A stretch of 64,000 bases of DNA. It comes from Candidatus Krumholzibacteriota bacterium (GTDB lineage: Bacteria > Krumholzibacteriota > Krumholzibacteriia > LZORAL124-64-63). This document shows positions 1 through 9,605 of this stretch, one piece after another; positions within the stretch are counted from its first letter, which is position 1; every line of letters starts with the position of its first letter. The stretch spans positions 16,800-80,799 of the forward strand of contig JBDLKA010000006.1 of the NCBI GenBank assembly GCA_039714075.1, written 5' to 3'. A program made the position numbers and the translations under genes. Below the pieces are notes generated by a model that did not search any database, was not told the DNA's origin, and saw only the letters and a program-made list of their open reading frames with translations.

Positions 1-324
1 GCCAAGTACTGGGGCCCCGCGGTGGCGTTCGACCCGGCGCGCAGTCCGCTGACCTGGTGCCGCATTCCCCATTTTTTCTACAACTATTATGTTTACCAGT
101 ACGCCACGGCCTATTCGGCGGCGGTGGCGTTGTCGCGTAAGGTGCTGGGCGGAGACGGGAAAGATCGGGAACAATACCTGGACATCCTGCGTTCCGGAAG
201 CAGCAGATATCCCGTGGACACCATCAAGCTCGGCGGGGTGGACATGACGACGTCCCGCCCCATGGAAGACGTCATCGCCCTTTTCGGATCGCTCATCGAC
301 CAGACGGAAGAGCTATTGGACTGA
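1..324 (+). CDS. pepF: Oligoendopeptidase F (M3B peptidase), C-terminal part, truncated by window edge
   Basis: WxRIPHFxYNYYVYQYAT and LxSGSSxYPxDxxKxxGVDMT motifs typical of the PepF C-terminus. Confidence 0.9.
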   Translation, partial: AKYWGPAVAFDPARSPLTWCRIPHFFYNYYVYQYATAYSAAVALSRKVLGGDGKDREQYLDILRSGSSRYPVDTIKLGGVDMTTSRPMEDVIALFGSLIDQTEELLD

Positions 325-326
325 TC

Positions 327-983
327 ATGCGTTATTCAAGAACATTTGTGCTGACGGCCGTGGTGCTGCTGTTTTCCGCCACCATCGTTGCGGGTGGCGT
401 CTCGGACCCGGTCAGGGACAGGGAAAAGAGCGCCGGCGGGATCTCGCCCGATGACATTCCGGAGAACCTTTCGGTCAAGCCGGTGGATTTCACCAGCGAG
501 AACGGGGATTTCAAGATCACGTTCCCGGGGGGCTGCGGCAAACTGGTGACGCGTTCCAATGAACCGGACCTTTTCGGAGGCGAGGAGTGGGACGACATCA
601 TCCAGGTCACCTATGTCTTTTGCGACCGGTACCAGACAGAGGGCGAGGGCTGCTCGATAAGGGCCACCTTCAATCTTCACGACCAGGACGGGGGGATGGC
701 CGGTCCGCAACACGTCGTCACCGGGGTCGAAGAATACCTGAAACACTTCCAGGCGAAAATCGTCAGGCAGAAGGCCGTCAGGCGGGAATTCGAGAACGGG
801 ATCGTGGCCGAGGGCGTCGAAATCCACGCAAAACCCGCGGACGGTCCGGGGGAAGTCTGGCTGCGGGGATTGCTTGTCGAGGGTGACATCTACGTGCTGG
901 CCGCCTGGAACCACCAGGGCGGCCTTTGGAACAATCCGGACTACATGGCGTTTTTCAATTCCTTCCAGCCCTGGACCGAATGA
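327..983 (+). CDS. Secreted hypothetical protein (possibly PsbP/DcrB-like fold)
   Basis: 218-aa ORF starting 2 nt after the pepF stop; N-terminal signal peptide; FTSENGDFKITFPG motif. Confidence 0.7.
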   Translation: MRYSRTFVLTAVVLLFSATIVAGGVSDPVRDREKSAGGISPDDIPENLSVKPVDFTSENGDFKITFPGGCGKLVTRSNEPDLFGGEEWDDIIQVTYVFCDRYQTEGEGCSIRATFNLHDQDGGMAGPQHVVTGVEEYLKHFQAKIVRQKAVRREFENGIVAEGVEIHAKPADGPGEVWLRGLLVEGDIYVLAAWNHQGGLWNNPDYMAFFNSFQPWTE

Positions 984-998
984 CCGCCAAGCCGTTTT

Positions 999-1030
999 TT
1001 GCCTGCAAGCTCCTCCCAAAACCGTATAAT
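999..1030 (+). promoter_or_regulatory. Candidate sigma70 promoter of the TonB operon
   Basis: Perfect TATAAT at 1025-1030; -35 element weak. Confidence 0.4.
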
Positions 1031-1114
1031 GTCGTTTCGAGTGTCCGCGCCGGGATATTTCCCCCGGCCGGTCGGCGCTTGATCCAAACTGATCATCACG
1101 AGTAAAGGAATGTC

Positions 1115-1882
1115 ATGGGGTTTCGTTTTATGGTTTTGGGCCTGCTGTTGATCCTTGCGGGGGGCGGGGCGGCTGTCACCTTTGCCCAGACCACGGATGA
1201 ACAGGCCCGCGAGGATACCGAACAGGCCATCGACACGCGCCGGGATACCCAGCGGCGGCAGGACGAGTGGTCGGAGGAAAAAGCCGATCTGGTGCGCCGG
1301 TACCGGTCCGCCAACGCCAACGTGACATGGCTTCGGGAGCGCAAAGAGGAAGAAACCGCCCAGGCCCAGGCCCTGGACGACAGGGTGGCCGAGCTGCAGA
1401 GGCGCCTTGGTGAGGCCGACCGCCTGGAAGGCAGCATGCAGGACACCCTGATGGTGATCTTCCACCGTCTGGAGGATGCGGTCGCCGCCGGCCTGCCCTT
1501 CCTGCCCCAGGAGCGCCGGCTGCGTCTGGCCTCGGTACAGGACGAACTCCTGCGCCCGGACGTGACCTCGGCCGAAAAGCTCCGCCGCCTGCTGGAGGCC
1601 CTGCAGGTCGAGGCCGGATACGCCTCCACCGTCGAGGTCTACCAGGACAAACTGGAGGTGGCTGGTGAGGAGATCCACGCCGACGTGCTGCGCATCGGCC
1701 GGGTGACCCTTTTTTGGCGCACGCCGGACGGTGAGAGGGTGGGCGGTTTCGACCAGGCCGCGGGCCGGTGGACCGAGCTGGAGGGCTCGTCGAAACGCCG
1801 CATCGGCCTGGCCATGGAGATGGCCGCCAGAATGCGGCCGGTCGAGCTGATCGATCTTCCCCTGGGGAGGATCGGCCGATGA
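1115..1882 (+). CDS. DUF3450 family protein (TtpB-like, TonB2-system associated)
   Basis: Signal peptide, coiled coil, LPFLxxERxxRL and AEKLRRLLEALQVE...LRIGRVxL motifs; first gene of exbB/exbD/tonB operon. Confidence 0.85.
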   Translation: MGFRFMVLGLLLILAGGGAAVTFAQTTDEQAREDTEQAIDTRRDTQRRQDEWSEEKADLVRRYRSANANVTWLRERKEEETAQAQALDDRVAELQRRLGEADRLEGSMQDTLMVIFHRLEDAVAAGLPFLPQERRLRLASVQDELLRPDVTSAEKLRRLLEALQVEAGYASTVEVYQDKLEVAGEEIHADVLRIGRVTLFWRTPDGERVGGFDQAAGRWTELEGSSKRRIGLAMEMAARMRPVELIDLPLGRIGR

Positions 1883-3279
1883 AAACCCTGTACTACCTGC
1901 TGATGTTGATCGTTTTGGCGGCCCCGGCCGCCGGCCAGGATATCCGCGAAGCGGCCCGCCAGGCCGCCGCCGACCGCGCCGCCGCCCGGGAAGAAGCCCG
2001 GCAGGCCGAAGAAGCCATCCTGGCGGACCGGGAAAAACTGCTGGCCGAGGTTTTGCGGCTGGAACAGGAACAGGCCGCCCTGGAACAGGACCTGCGGGAT
2101 CTGGAGGCGCGCCAGGCCGCCGCGCGGTTGCAAAGGGAAGACCTGGCCGAAAAGTGGTCCGGCCGCGAGCTGGGCTTCAGGGAAATCTCCGGTAACGTGC
2201 GGGTGGCGGCCCGCGACCTGGAATCGATGTTGAAGGCCTCACCCCTGAGTGCCGGGACGCCGTGGCGCCTGGAAACCATCAGCCCGCTTCTGGACAAGGG
2301 ATACTTCCCCGACATCGACGACATCGCCGGCATGGCCGACGTGTTTTTCGACGAGATTGACCGGGGCGGACAGGTCAGCCTGCAGGAAGGCGCCTTTGTC
2401 GGGCGGGACGGCAGGCAGACCGAGGGACGAATTTTCCAGCTGGGCAAGTTCACCACCGTCTACCAGGATGCCGACGAGACGGGATTCCTGGTCTGGTCGC
2501 CCGAAGGCCAGCGGCTTTTCGCTCTGTCCGAACTGCCGCCGCGCGGGGTGCGCCGTTCCCTGGACAAATATCTGGCCGGCGATTCGGATCTCGTTCCGCT
2601 GGACATGAGCGGCGGCGCGGCCCTGCGCCAGATCACCCAGGGCACCGATTTCCTGGAACAGATACGGCAGGGCGGACCCATCATCTGGCCGATTTTCCTG
2701 ATAGCGCTGGCCGCCCTGGTGATCGTCGTCATCAAGATCATCTATCTGAACCGCATGCACGGCAATACCGACCGCATCATGGGCGAGGTCAACGATCTGG
2801 CGGCCCGGGGCGATTGGGACGCGTGCGAAAAGATCGTCGCCGGACACCAGGGCAAGAACTGGCCGGTGGTCCGCGTGATCCGGGCGGGGTTGGAAGCCCG
2901 CGACGATACGCGGGAAACCCTGGAAAGCGTTCTGCAGGAAGCGATCCTGCACGAACTGCCCCAGGTCCAGAAGGGAATCGCCATGCTGGCCGTACTCGGT
3001 GCGGTAGCGCCTCTGCTGGGACTGCTGGGCACGGTGACCGGCATGATCGACACCTTCCGCGTCATCACCCTGTTCGGCACCAGCGATCCCAAGCTCATGT
3101 CCGGCGGCATCAGCGAAGCCCTGGTGACGACCGAACTGGGCCTGGCCGTTGCCATTCCCATCATGCTGTTGCACACCTACCTGTCGCGGAAGGCGGATCA
3201 TCTGGTGGGCGACATGGAAGCCAAGGCCGTGCAGATGACCAACATCATCGACAAGCGGAAGATCGCGGGGGCGTCATGA
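1879..3279 (+). CDS. Long MotA/TolQ/ExbB proton-channel protein (TtpC-like)
   Basis: ATG at 1879 overlapping upstream stop; periplasmic coiled coil; C-terminal APLLGLLGTVTGMI...GGISEALVTTELGL. Confidence 0.9.
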   Translation: MKTLYYLLMLIVLAAPAAGQDIREAARQAAADRAAAREEARQAEEAILADREKLLAEVLRLEQEQAALEQDLRDLEARQAAARLQREDLAEKWSGRELGFREISGNVRVAARDLESMLKASPLSAGTPWRLETISPLLDKGYFPDIDDIAGMADVFFDEIDRGGQVSLQEGAFVGRDGRQTEGRIFQLGKFTTVYQDADETGFLVWSPEGQRLFALSELPPRGVRRSLDKYLAGDSDLVPLDMSGGAALRQITQGTDFLEQIRQGGPIIWPIFLIALAALVIVVIKIIYLNRMHGNTDRIMGEVNDLAARGDWDACEKIVAGHQGKNWPVVRVIRAGLEARDDTRETLESVLQEAILHELPQVQKGIAMLAVLGAVAPLLGLLGTVTGMIDTFRVITLFGTSDPKLMSGGISEALVTTELGLAVAIPIMLLHTYLSRKADHLVGDMEAKAVQMTNIIDKRKIAGAS

Positions 3280-3893
3280 CCGAGGCCTTCTGGTTCACGG
3301 TCGAATACTTCCGCCAGGGCGGCTGGATCATGTTGCCGCTGGTGGCCACGTCAGTGGTCCTGTGGACGATGATCGTGGACCGCTGGCGCGAGTTCCGGGT
3401 TTTGGGCCGGGGTGATCTCGATACGAAAGAGATCATCGCCCTGGCCGCGGGCCGGGGAGAGGTTCCCGCAGGTCCGGGCGCGGGTCTGAAAGCCCGCCTG
3501 GTGCGCGATTTCCTGAAGGAACGGTCGGGCGTGGTCCGGCTGGACCGGAAAATCCTCGGCCAGGTTTCGCTCCAGCTTCAGCAGTCCCTGGACGCGCGGC
3601 TGGCCGCCATCGCGGTGCTGGCCGCGGTGGCACCCCTGCTGGGTCTGCTGGGCACGGTGCTGGGCATGATCGAGACCTTCGACGTGATATCGGTCTTCGG
3701 CACGGGCAACTCGCGCGCGATGGCGAGCGGCATTTCCATTGCCCTGATCACCACGCAGACCGGTCTGCTGGTGGCCATCCCCGGCATGTTGATGAGCAAC
3801 CGCCTGAACCGGACCGCGCAAAGGCTCAAAACGAGCCTGGACGAAACCACGGCGGTCCTGGCCCGCCATCTGACCGAAGGGGCCTCGTCATGA
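3276..3893 (+). CDS. exbB: MotA/TolQ/ExbB proton-channel protein
   Basis: MTEAFWF start (ATGA overlap); APLLGLLGTVLGMIETF...GISIALITTQTGL. Confidence 0.9.
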   Translation: MTEAFWFTVEYFRQGGWIMLPLVATSVVLWTMIVDRWREFRVLGRGDLDTKEIIALAAGRGEVPAGPGAGLKARLVRDFLKERSGVVRLDRKILGQVSLQLQQSLDARLAAIAVLAAVAPLLGLLGTVLGMIETFDVISVFGTGNSRAMASGISIALITTQTGLLVAIPGMLMSNRLNRTAQRLKTSLDETTAVLARHLTEGASS

Positions 3894-4309
3894 TCAACGT
3901 ACGCAACACCCTGCGCGGCGGTGGCAGCGAAGTGAACATCAACATGGGTCCGTTGGTGGACATGGTGTTCCTGCTGCTGATCTTTTTCGTGGTGACGACT
4001 TCGTTCGTGAAGGAAACGGGTATCGACGTCCAGCGCTCCACCGCGGCCACCGCCGAAAGAAAGGAGCGGGGCAACATCATGCTCGGCATCAGCGCCGACG
4101 GGCAGGTCTACATCGAGGGCAAGCGCATCGACGTGCGCAGCGTGCGGGCCCTGGTCGAACGCGCTTTGGCCGAAGACCCCGAAAGCGGCGTGGTGATCGT
4201 GGCCGACAAGGACAGCAACACCGGCACCGTGGTGCAGGCCATGGACCAGTGCCGGCTGGCCGGTGCGATGAACGTGAGCCTGGCAGCCAAGCAGGAATAC
4301 GGCGAATGA
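3890..4309 (+). CDS. exbD: Biopolymer transport protein ExbD
   Basis: INMGPLVDMVFLLLIFFVVTTSF motif. Confidence 0.93.
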   Translation: MINVRNTLRGGGSEVNINMGPLVDMVFLLLIFFVVTTSFVKETGIDVQRSTAATAERKERGNIMLGISADGQVYIEGKRIDVRSVRALVERALAEDPESGVVIVADKDSNTGTVVQAMDQCRLAGAMNVSLAAKQEYGE

Positions 4310-4932
4310 CTATTCGCAAGGGCATGCTGTTGGCGTACGCGGCCACGGTGGCGGTGGTGTTGAACATCGTCCTGTTCGCCTCGGCGGCGCTGTTGTCGCG
4401 CGACCGGCCCGTCCGGGATGTGACCCTGGATCCCGTCTCGGTGAACCTGGTCACGTTGAAGCCCGCGACTCCGCCCCCGCCCGAGAAGAAGCGGGAAATC
4501 CCCAAACCCAAGCCCAAACCCCGGCTGGATTTCACGCCCGAACTGGCCCGGCCCTCGTTGCGGGGTCCGGCGCCCCTGGATGTCCAGGTGCAGATCGATC
4601 CTTCCCTGTTTGCGGGCAGGCCCGAACACGGCGAGTTCATCTTCAACAGCGGCGATCTGGACCAGCCGCCGCGGAAGGTGATTCAAACCGAGCCTGTATA
4701 TCCCTACAAAGCGCGGCAGCGGAACATCACAGGCTTCGTGAAAGTCAAGATGCTGGTTCGGGCGGACGGCACCGTTGGAGAAGTGTCCGTGCTTGATGCC
4801 AAACCGAAAGGGTTGTTCGACTCGGCGGCCCTGAAGGCCGTTCCCTCGTGGAAATTCCAGCCGGGTGTTATCGACGGCCAGGCTGTTCCTTCCTGGGTGG
4901 TAACAACCATTCGGTTCACGCTTAACGACTGA
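4306..4932 (+). CDS. tonB: Energy transducer TonB
   Basis: N-terminal TM helix, Pro/Lys-rich linker, PVYPYKARQRNITGFV...FDSAALKAVPSWKFQP C-terminal domain. Confidence 0.9.
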   Translation: MTIRKGMLLAYAATVAVVLNIVLFASAALLSRDRPVRDVTLDPVSVNLVTLKPATPPPPEKKREIPKPKPKPRLDFTPELARPSLRGPAPLDVQVQIDPSLFAGRPEHGEFIFNSGDLDQPPRKVIQTEPVYPYKARQRNITGFVKVKMLVRADGTVGEVSVLDAKPKGLFDSAALKAVPSWKFQPGVIDGQAVPSWVVTTIRFTLND

Positions 4933-4935
4933 GGG

Positions 4936-6327
4936 GTGGTGATGGGGCGGTTCTTTTCTTCCGGTTGGGGTGTTGCTTCGTGTTCGGGGGCGTTTGTCCG
5001 CAACTTCCTGTTGCGGACTCACTCGGCATTCCGGTCTCTCCGCCATCCATGGCTCCGAAACCTCCATGACGCCCCGCACACGAAGCAACACCCCAACCGG
5101 AAGAAAAGAATCGCTCCATCGCTAGCGCTCGGAATATTAATTGTGATCTTCCCCATGGCGGTTACAGCACAGGAAGAGCCGGACCTTCGACAAGAGCAGG
5201 CCGCCATCGAATCCGGGGAAGGGCTCAGTGCGCGGGCCAAAAAGGCACTCTTTCGGGCGCGGTCGAAGCAAGACGAAGGTGATTTCGAAAGCGCCGCTCG
5301 GATCATGTCCGAATTTTTGGAGGGGAAGCCCGAGCGGGAGCATCCGCTGCTTCTTTTGAATCTGGCCTTGAGTCATTTTGCCCTGGAGCAGGACGCGCCA
5401 GCTTATGAAGCCTTGAAAAAGGCGGTGGAACTGGAACCGCGGTACGGGCGGGGCTGGCTGCGGCTGGGCGAAGCGGCCTATAACCTGGAAAAGTACGCGG
5501 AGGCCGGGGAGGCCTTCGCCTGTTCCTACGATCTGACCCCGGAACACACTCCCGACATCCTTTACTACGCCGGGGTCAGCCTGCTGACCGGGAAAAAGCC
5601 CGAGCGCGCGCTGACGGTGTTGGAGAAGCTGCTGAAAGAACATCGCGACGGGGCGGATCTCGATTGGTATCAGGCCCTGATTTCGGCGGGGATCGAAGCC
5701 GGGCAGCCGGGGCGCGTGGCCACGTTGCTTGATAACCTGCTGGCCGACTATTCCTCCGAACCGCGGGCCTGGGGACTGGGCTACCAGTTCGCCGCGGCGC
5801 GGGAGGACTACCGGACCGCAGCGGTTTGTTTGACCGTCACCGGTTATCTGCGGCCCCTGACCCGTGACGAATCCATCCAGTTGGGAGACCTCTACGCCGT
5901 GATTTCCGTGCCTTTGCAGGCCGCCCGGTATTACGAAAAAGCCATGGGCCTGCCGGGGACGGGCGAGGGCGCCGAAGCGGGCCGCGCGGACGAGTTCGAG
6001 CGCCTGGCTTCGGCCTGGCTCGGGGCCCACGATCACGAAAGGGCGCGGGCCACGCTGCAAACGGCCATCGGTGAGAAGGAAACGGTCGAGCTGTGGTCCC
6101 TGCTGGGGGATCTGGAATATATGGACGAGGATTTCGAGGCCGCCCTGAAGGCCTTCGGCCGCGCCTGCGCTCTGGACCAGGATTTCGGCCGCGGCTGGCT
6201 GATGATGGGCTACTGCGCCATCGAACTGGACCGCCCGGGTGAGGCCCGTCGGCACTTGAACAAGGCGGCCGCCTATCCCGGCACCGAAGCCGGCGCGCGC
6301 AGTCTGCTGGACAGGGTCGGCTCATGA
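4936..6327 (+). CDS. TPR-repeat periplasmic protein (TtpD-like); N-terminus contains an in-frame palindromic element, start uncertain
   Basis: Multiple TPR-like helices; hydrophobic signal segment LALGILIVIFPMAVTA; follows tonB. Confidence 0.8.
   Translation: MVMGRFFSSGWGVASCSGAFVRNFLLRTHSAFRSLRHPWLRNLHDAPHTKQHPNRKKRIAPSLALGILIVIFPMAVTAQEEPDLRQEQAAIESGEGLSARAKKALFRARSKQDEGDFESAARIMSEFLEGKPEREHPLLLLNLALSHFALEQDAPAYEALKKAVELEPRYGRGWLRLGEAAYNLEKYAEAGEAFACSYDLTPEHTPDILYYAGVSLLTGKKPERALTVLEKLLKEHRDGADLDWYQALISAGIEAGQPGRVATLLDNLLADYSSEPRAWGLGYQFAAAREDYRTAAVCLTVTGYLRPLTRDESIQLGDLYAVISVPLQAARYYEKAMGLPGTGEGAEAGRADEFERLASAWLGAHDHERARATLQTAIGEKETVELWSLLGDLEYMDEDFEAALKAFGRACALDQDFGRGWLMMGYCAIELDRPGEARRHLNKAAAYPGTEAGARSLLDRVGS
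4941..5120. repeat. 180-bp palindromic (MITE/REP-like) element
   Basis: 43-bp inverted arms 4941-4983 and 5078-5120 with 2 mismatches; inner hairpins GTCCGCAAC-TTCCT-GTTGCGGAC and GCCATCCATGGC. Confidence 0.85.
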
Positions 6328-7433
6328 AAAAGAAACTCATGCTGATGGCGGGCGGTGTTTTCTTTGCCTTTCTGATCGGGGAGGTGGCCGCCCGCGTCGT
6401 CCTGCCCCTGCTGCCGGATCCGCCCGACACGCCGTTCGTAGGGGACGAGGCCTGCATGTATCGCCTGCGTCCCAGCGAGCCGGGCGAATTTCCGGAGGAC
6501 CACGACCACCACATCAACCAGCTCGGTTTCCGGGACCGCAATCATTCCCGGACCAAACCCGAGGGACGTTTGCGCGTGCTGGGCCTGGGTGACTCCTTCG
6601 TGTACGGCTGGGTGTCGATACAGGACAACTTCCTGCGCGTGGCCGAACGCCGGTTCAACTCCGGCGGGGTTCAGGCGGACATCCTGTTGATGGGCGTGCC
6701 GGGCTGGAGCACGGAAAACCAGTTGGGGTATCTGCAAAGCGAAGGCCTGGGTCTGGACCCGGACCTGGTGGTGGTGAACTTCTACGTGGAAAACGACGTG
6801 ACCGGGATTCCCGTCCGGGGCCGTGTCATCCGCGGCAACCTCTTCCCGACGACCAGCCCCCTGCCGGTGCGCAACCTGCTCCGCAAATCGCAATTGTTCC
6901 TCATGTTCGAAAGCCTGGTTTTACGCGGTATCATGAAAAAGGTCCGGGGCGATGATTCCTCCGGTCCCGCGTCGGACTCCGCGCCGGTCAACGACATATA
7001 TCTGAGAATTTTGGACCAGAACCTGCCGGTGTATCTGCGCCAACCCGATCCGCGCACCGAGGCCCTGTGGGCCGAAGCGATAGGTTACCTGGAAGAAATC
7101 GACGCCGCCTGCGCCGCTGCGGACGTACCCTGGATGGTCGTTCTGATCCCCGGTGAAATCCAGGTGGACACCGCCGTCAGATCACAGGTTTTGGGCCAGT
7201 TGGGGTTGCCGGCGGATGCTTATGATTTTGACGCTCCCCAGCAACGGCTGGTAAGCTGGGGCCATGCGCGTCAGGTGGCCGTTCTGGACTTGCTGTCCAC
7301 CCTGCGTCATGAACACAAGCCGGATGCCCGGCTGTACGTGCCCAACGACACCCATTGGAACATACGGGGCAACCAGGTCGCCGGATTGACGTTGTCCCGT
7401 AGCCTGACGGACATCCTTCACCGTAAACCCTAG
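6324..7433 (+). CDS. SGNH/GDSL hydrolase family protein (membrane anchored)
   Basis: INQLGFRD, LGLGDSFVYG block I, NDTHWN catalytic DxH. Confidence 0.88.
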   Translation: MKKKLMLMAGGVFFAFLIGEVAARVVLPLLPDPPDTPFVGDEACMYRLRPSEPGEFPEDHDHHINQLGFRDRNHSRTKPEGRLRVLGLGDSFVYGWVSIQDNFLRVAERRFNSGGVQADILLMGVPGWSTENQLGYLQSEGLGLDPDLVVVNFYVENDVTGIPVRGRVIRGNLFPTTSPLPVRNLLRKSQLFLMFESLVLRGIMKKVRGDDSSGPASDSAPVNDIYLRILDQNLPVYLRQPDPRTEALWAEAIGYLEEIDAACAAADVPWMVVLIPGEIQVDTAVRSQVLGQLGLPADAYDFDAPQQRLVSWGHARQVAVLDLLSTLRHEHKPDARLYVPNDTHWNIRGNQVAGLTLSRSLTDILHRKP

Positions 7434-7445
7434 AAAGAGAAACCC

Positions 7446-8648
7446 GTGGACAAGGCCTGCATCACCAAACAGCCCCAGGGGCTGAGCGTCTTCGAAAAAT
7501 ACCTGACCGCCTGGGTGCTGCTGTGCATCGGGGCGGGCATTGTTCTGGGCAAACTCGCGCCCCAGGCGGCGCGCTATCTCGACAGTCTGGCCATCACTTC
7601 GAACGGTGCGCCTATCGTTTCCATCCCCATCGCCGTGTGCCTGTTTTTCATGATGTATCCCATCATGGTCAAGATCGATTTCAGCGAAGTGGTCAAGGCC
7701 GGCAAGTCGGTCAAACCCGTGGGGCTGACCCTGGTCATCAACTGGCTGATCAAACCGTTTACCATGGTGGCGATCTCGGCGTTTTTCCTGGGCGTTCTCT
7801 TCAAGGGATTGATCGGCGCCGAGGCCGTGGATCTGCTCAGGATGCCCCTGGGCCTGGACCTGCCGCTGGGCGCGACCCACGGCGACGGCACCGTGGTGCT
7901 GGTCGACGGCATCAAGATGCTGGAAATCCCCCTGTGGCGCAGCTATCTGGCCGGCTGCATCCTGCTGGGCATCGCGCCCTGCACCGCGATGGTCCTGGTC
8001 TGGGGCTACCTGGCCCGCGGCAACGATGGCCACACGCTGGTCATGGTGGCCATCAATTCGCTGACCATGCTGTTCGTGTTCGGGCCCCTGGGCGGATTCC
8101 TGCTGGGCGTGGGCCGCTTGCCGGTGCCCTGGCAGGCGTTGCTGCTTTCGATCGGGATCTATGTCGCCCTGCCGCTGGTGGCGGGCTTCGTCTCGCGCAA
8201 GGCCATCATCGCGACCAAGGGACAGCAGTGGTTCGAGGAAAAATTCCTGCACGTGCTGACGCCGATCACCATCGTTTCGCTGCTGGCCACGCTGGTGCTG
8301 CTGTTTTCGTTCAAGGGCGAAGTGATCATCGCCAATCCGCTGACGATCCTGTGGATCGCTGTCCCGCTGTTTATCCAGACGGTGTTGATTTTCGGGTTGG
8401 GCTGGTTCCTGTCGCGCCGGCTGGGGCTGACCTACGAAGACGCCGCGCCCACGGCCATGATCGGCGCGAGCAACCATTTCGAGGTGGCCATCGCCACGGC
8501 GGTCATGCTGTTCGGGTTGTCTTCCGGGGCGGCGCTGGCCACGGTGGTCGGGGTGCTGATCGAGGTACCGGTCATGCTGATGCTGGTCAGGATCTGTCTC
8601 AAGACCCGTCATCGTTTCGCTCCCGGCACGTCAGCCGGCGCGAGGTGA
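7446..8648 (+). CDS. acr3: ACR3 family arsenite efflux transporter
   Basis: [59 protein letters not shown]. Confidence 0.95.
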   Translation: MDKACITKQPQGLSVFEKYLTAWVLLCIGAGIVLGKLAPQAARYLDSLAITSNGAPIVSIPIAVCLFFMMYPIMVKIDFSEVVKAGKSVKPVGLTLVINWLIKPFTMVAISAFFLGVLFKGLIGAEAVDLLRMPLGLDLPLGATHGDGTVVLVDGIKMLEIPLWRSYLAGCILLGIAPCTAMVLVWGYLARGNDGHTLVMVAINSLTMLFVFGPLGGFLLGVGRLPVPWQALLLSIGIYVALPLVAGFVSRKAIIATKGQQWFEEKFLHVLTPITIVSLLATLVLLFSFKGEVIIANPLTILWIAVPLFIQTVLIFGLGWFLSRRLGLTYEDAAPTAMIGASNHFEVAIATAVMLFGLSSGAALATVVGVLIEVPVMLMLVRICLKTRHRFAPGTSAGAR

Positions 8649-9030
8649 GGGATATGATCTCGAGTTGATACTTCTTCGAGCCCCCGCGGGCGGCGTGGCA
8701 AATGTCCACCAGCCGGTCGTCGGGTCGGCTCCACAGGCCTTCCTGATTCAGCCAGGTTTTCGGTGTCCCGCACCAACCGGCGGTCCGCACGATCAGTCCC
8801 CCGTGTTCACTGAATTCATAGCCGGGGCGATTTCCTGTCAGAGCGGCCGCCCGCATGAAGACCTTGGCTCCGTCATCGGTCTCGCCCTCGTAAACCCAGA
8901 CGCCGACCAGGGTCCGTTGCTGGTCGAGCCCGGGGTCGGGTTCCGAGGTGCTGGTGCAGGCGGCCAAAAGCAGGGTCAGCCCCATGGCGAAGGCGATATT
9001 GACGATCGCGAAATGTCCCCTGTCGATCAT
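8599..9030 (-). CDS. Hypothetical lipoprotein (lipocalin-like)
   Basis: RBS GAAGGAAGGG; lipobox LLAAC; LVGVW motif; 3' end overlaps acr3 by 50 nt. Confidence 0.6.
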   Translation of the reverse strand: MIDRGHFAIVNIAFAMGLTLLLAACTSTSEPDPGLDQQRTLVGVWVYEGETDDGAKVFMRAAALTGNRPGYEFSEHGGLIVRTAGWCGTPKTWLNQEGLWSRPDDRLVDICHAARGGSKKYQLEIISLTSRRLTCRERNDDGS

Positions 9031-9068
9031 GACCCTTCCTTTCGCTTTCGAAATACCGGCTCCGGTGT

Positions 9069-9431
9069 TCATCGTCTTCGGGGCGATTGTATTGGTGTTC
9101 GTTCCGCAACCCTGACGGGGTTTGATTTGGCCCCGCCCCTGGGCGGTTTGGTCACCCTGTCGCGGGAGGGGCGATGGGGGGCGGGGCTTTTGGTCCGTGG
9201 CGGGTGTTCCCCCGTGGCGGAATCCCTGACCAAGGGTTCCTTTCGAGGGGGCCGTGGCCTGGGACCCGGACAAGGTCCGGTGGGCGGAACCGGGGGCGGC
9301 CAGGGGTCGTGGACGATGACGATTACGGGAGGGTCGTAGCATCCCTGATAGGGAAGTGGTGTGCATCCCGCCATAAGCAGGATTCCAATCGTAAGAAGCG
9401 AGGCGGATGCAATCGTGGTCGATATTTTCAT
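9069..9431 (-). CDS. Proline/arginine-rich hypothetical lipoprotein
   Basis: RBS GGAGG; lipobox LMAGC; low-complexity Pro-rich tail. Confidence 0.55.
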   Translation of the reverse strand: MKISTTIASASLLTIGILLMAGCTPLPYQGCYDPPVIVIVHDPWPPPVPPTGPCPGPRPRPPRKEPLVRDSATGEHPPRTKSPAPHRPSRDRVTKPPRGGAKSNPVRVAERTPIQSPRRR

Positions 9432-9527
9432 CAGAAAACCTCCAATGCTGCTTAATTTAGGTTAATGCATTAATGATGTCAACATTATGTCTTTAAAGTA
9501 AAATAGTGTCAAGTCATTAATTTTGGG

Positions 9528-9556
9528 TTGCCGGTTTCGTGGCTGTATGCTATAAG
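9528..9556 (+). promoter_or_regulatory. Sigma70 promoter for the GntR-like gene
   Basis: TTGCCG-N17-TATAAG with extended TG, in an AT-rich intergenic region. Confidence 0.55.
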
Positions 9557-9605
9557 GTTTTTAAATACAACAATTTGACTGCGGTTTGATTGACAGGAGA
9601 TCGCC

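Noticed and set aside
4922..5119. Antisense 65-aa ORF whose ends mirror the TPR N-terminus
   Set aside because: Direct consequence of the palindrome, not independent evidence of a gene
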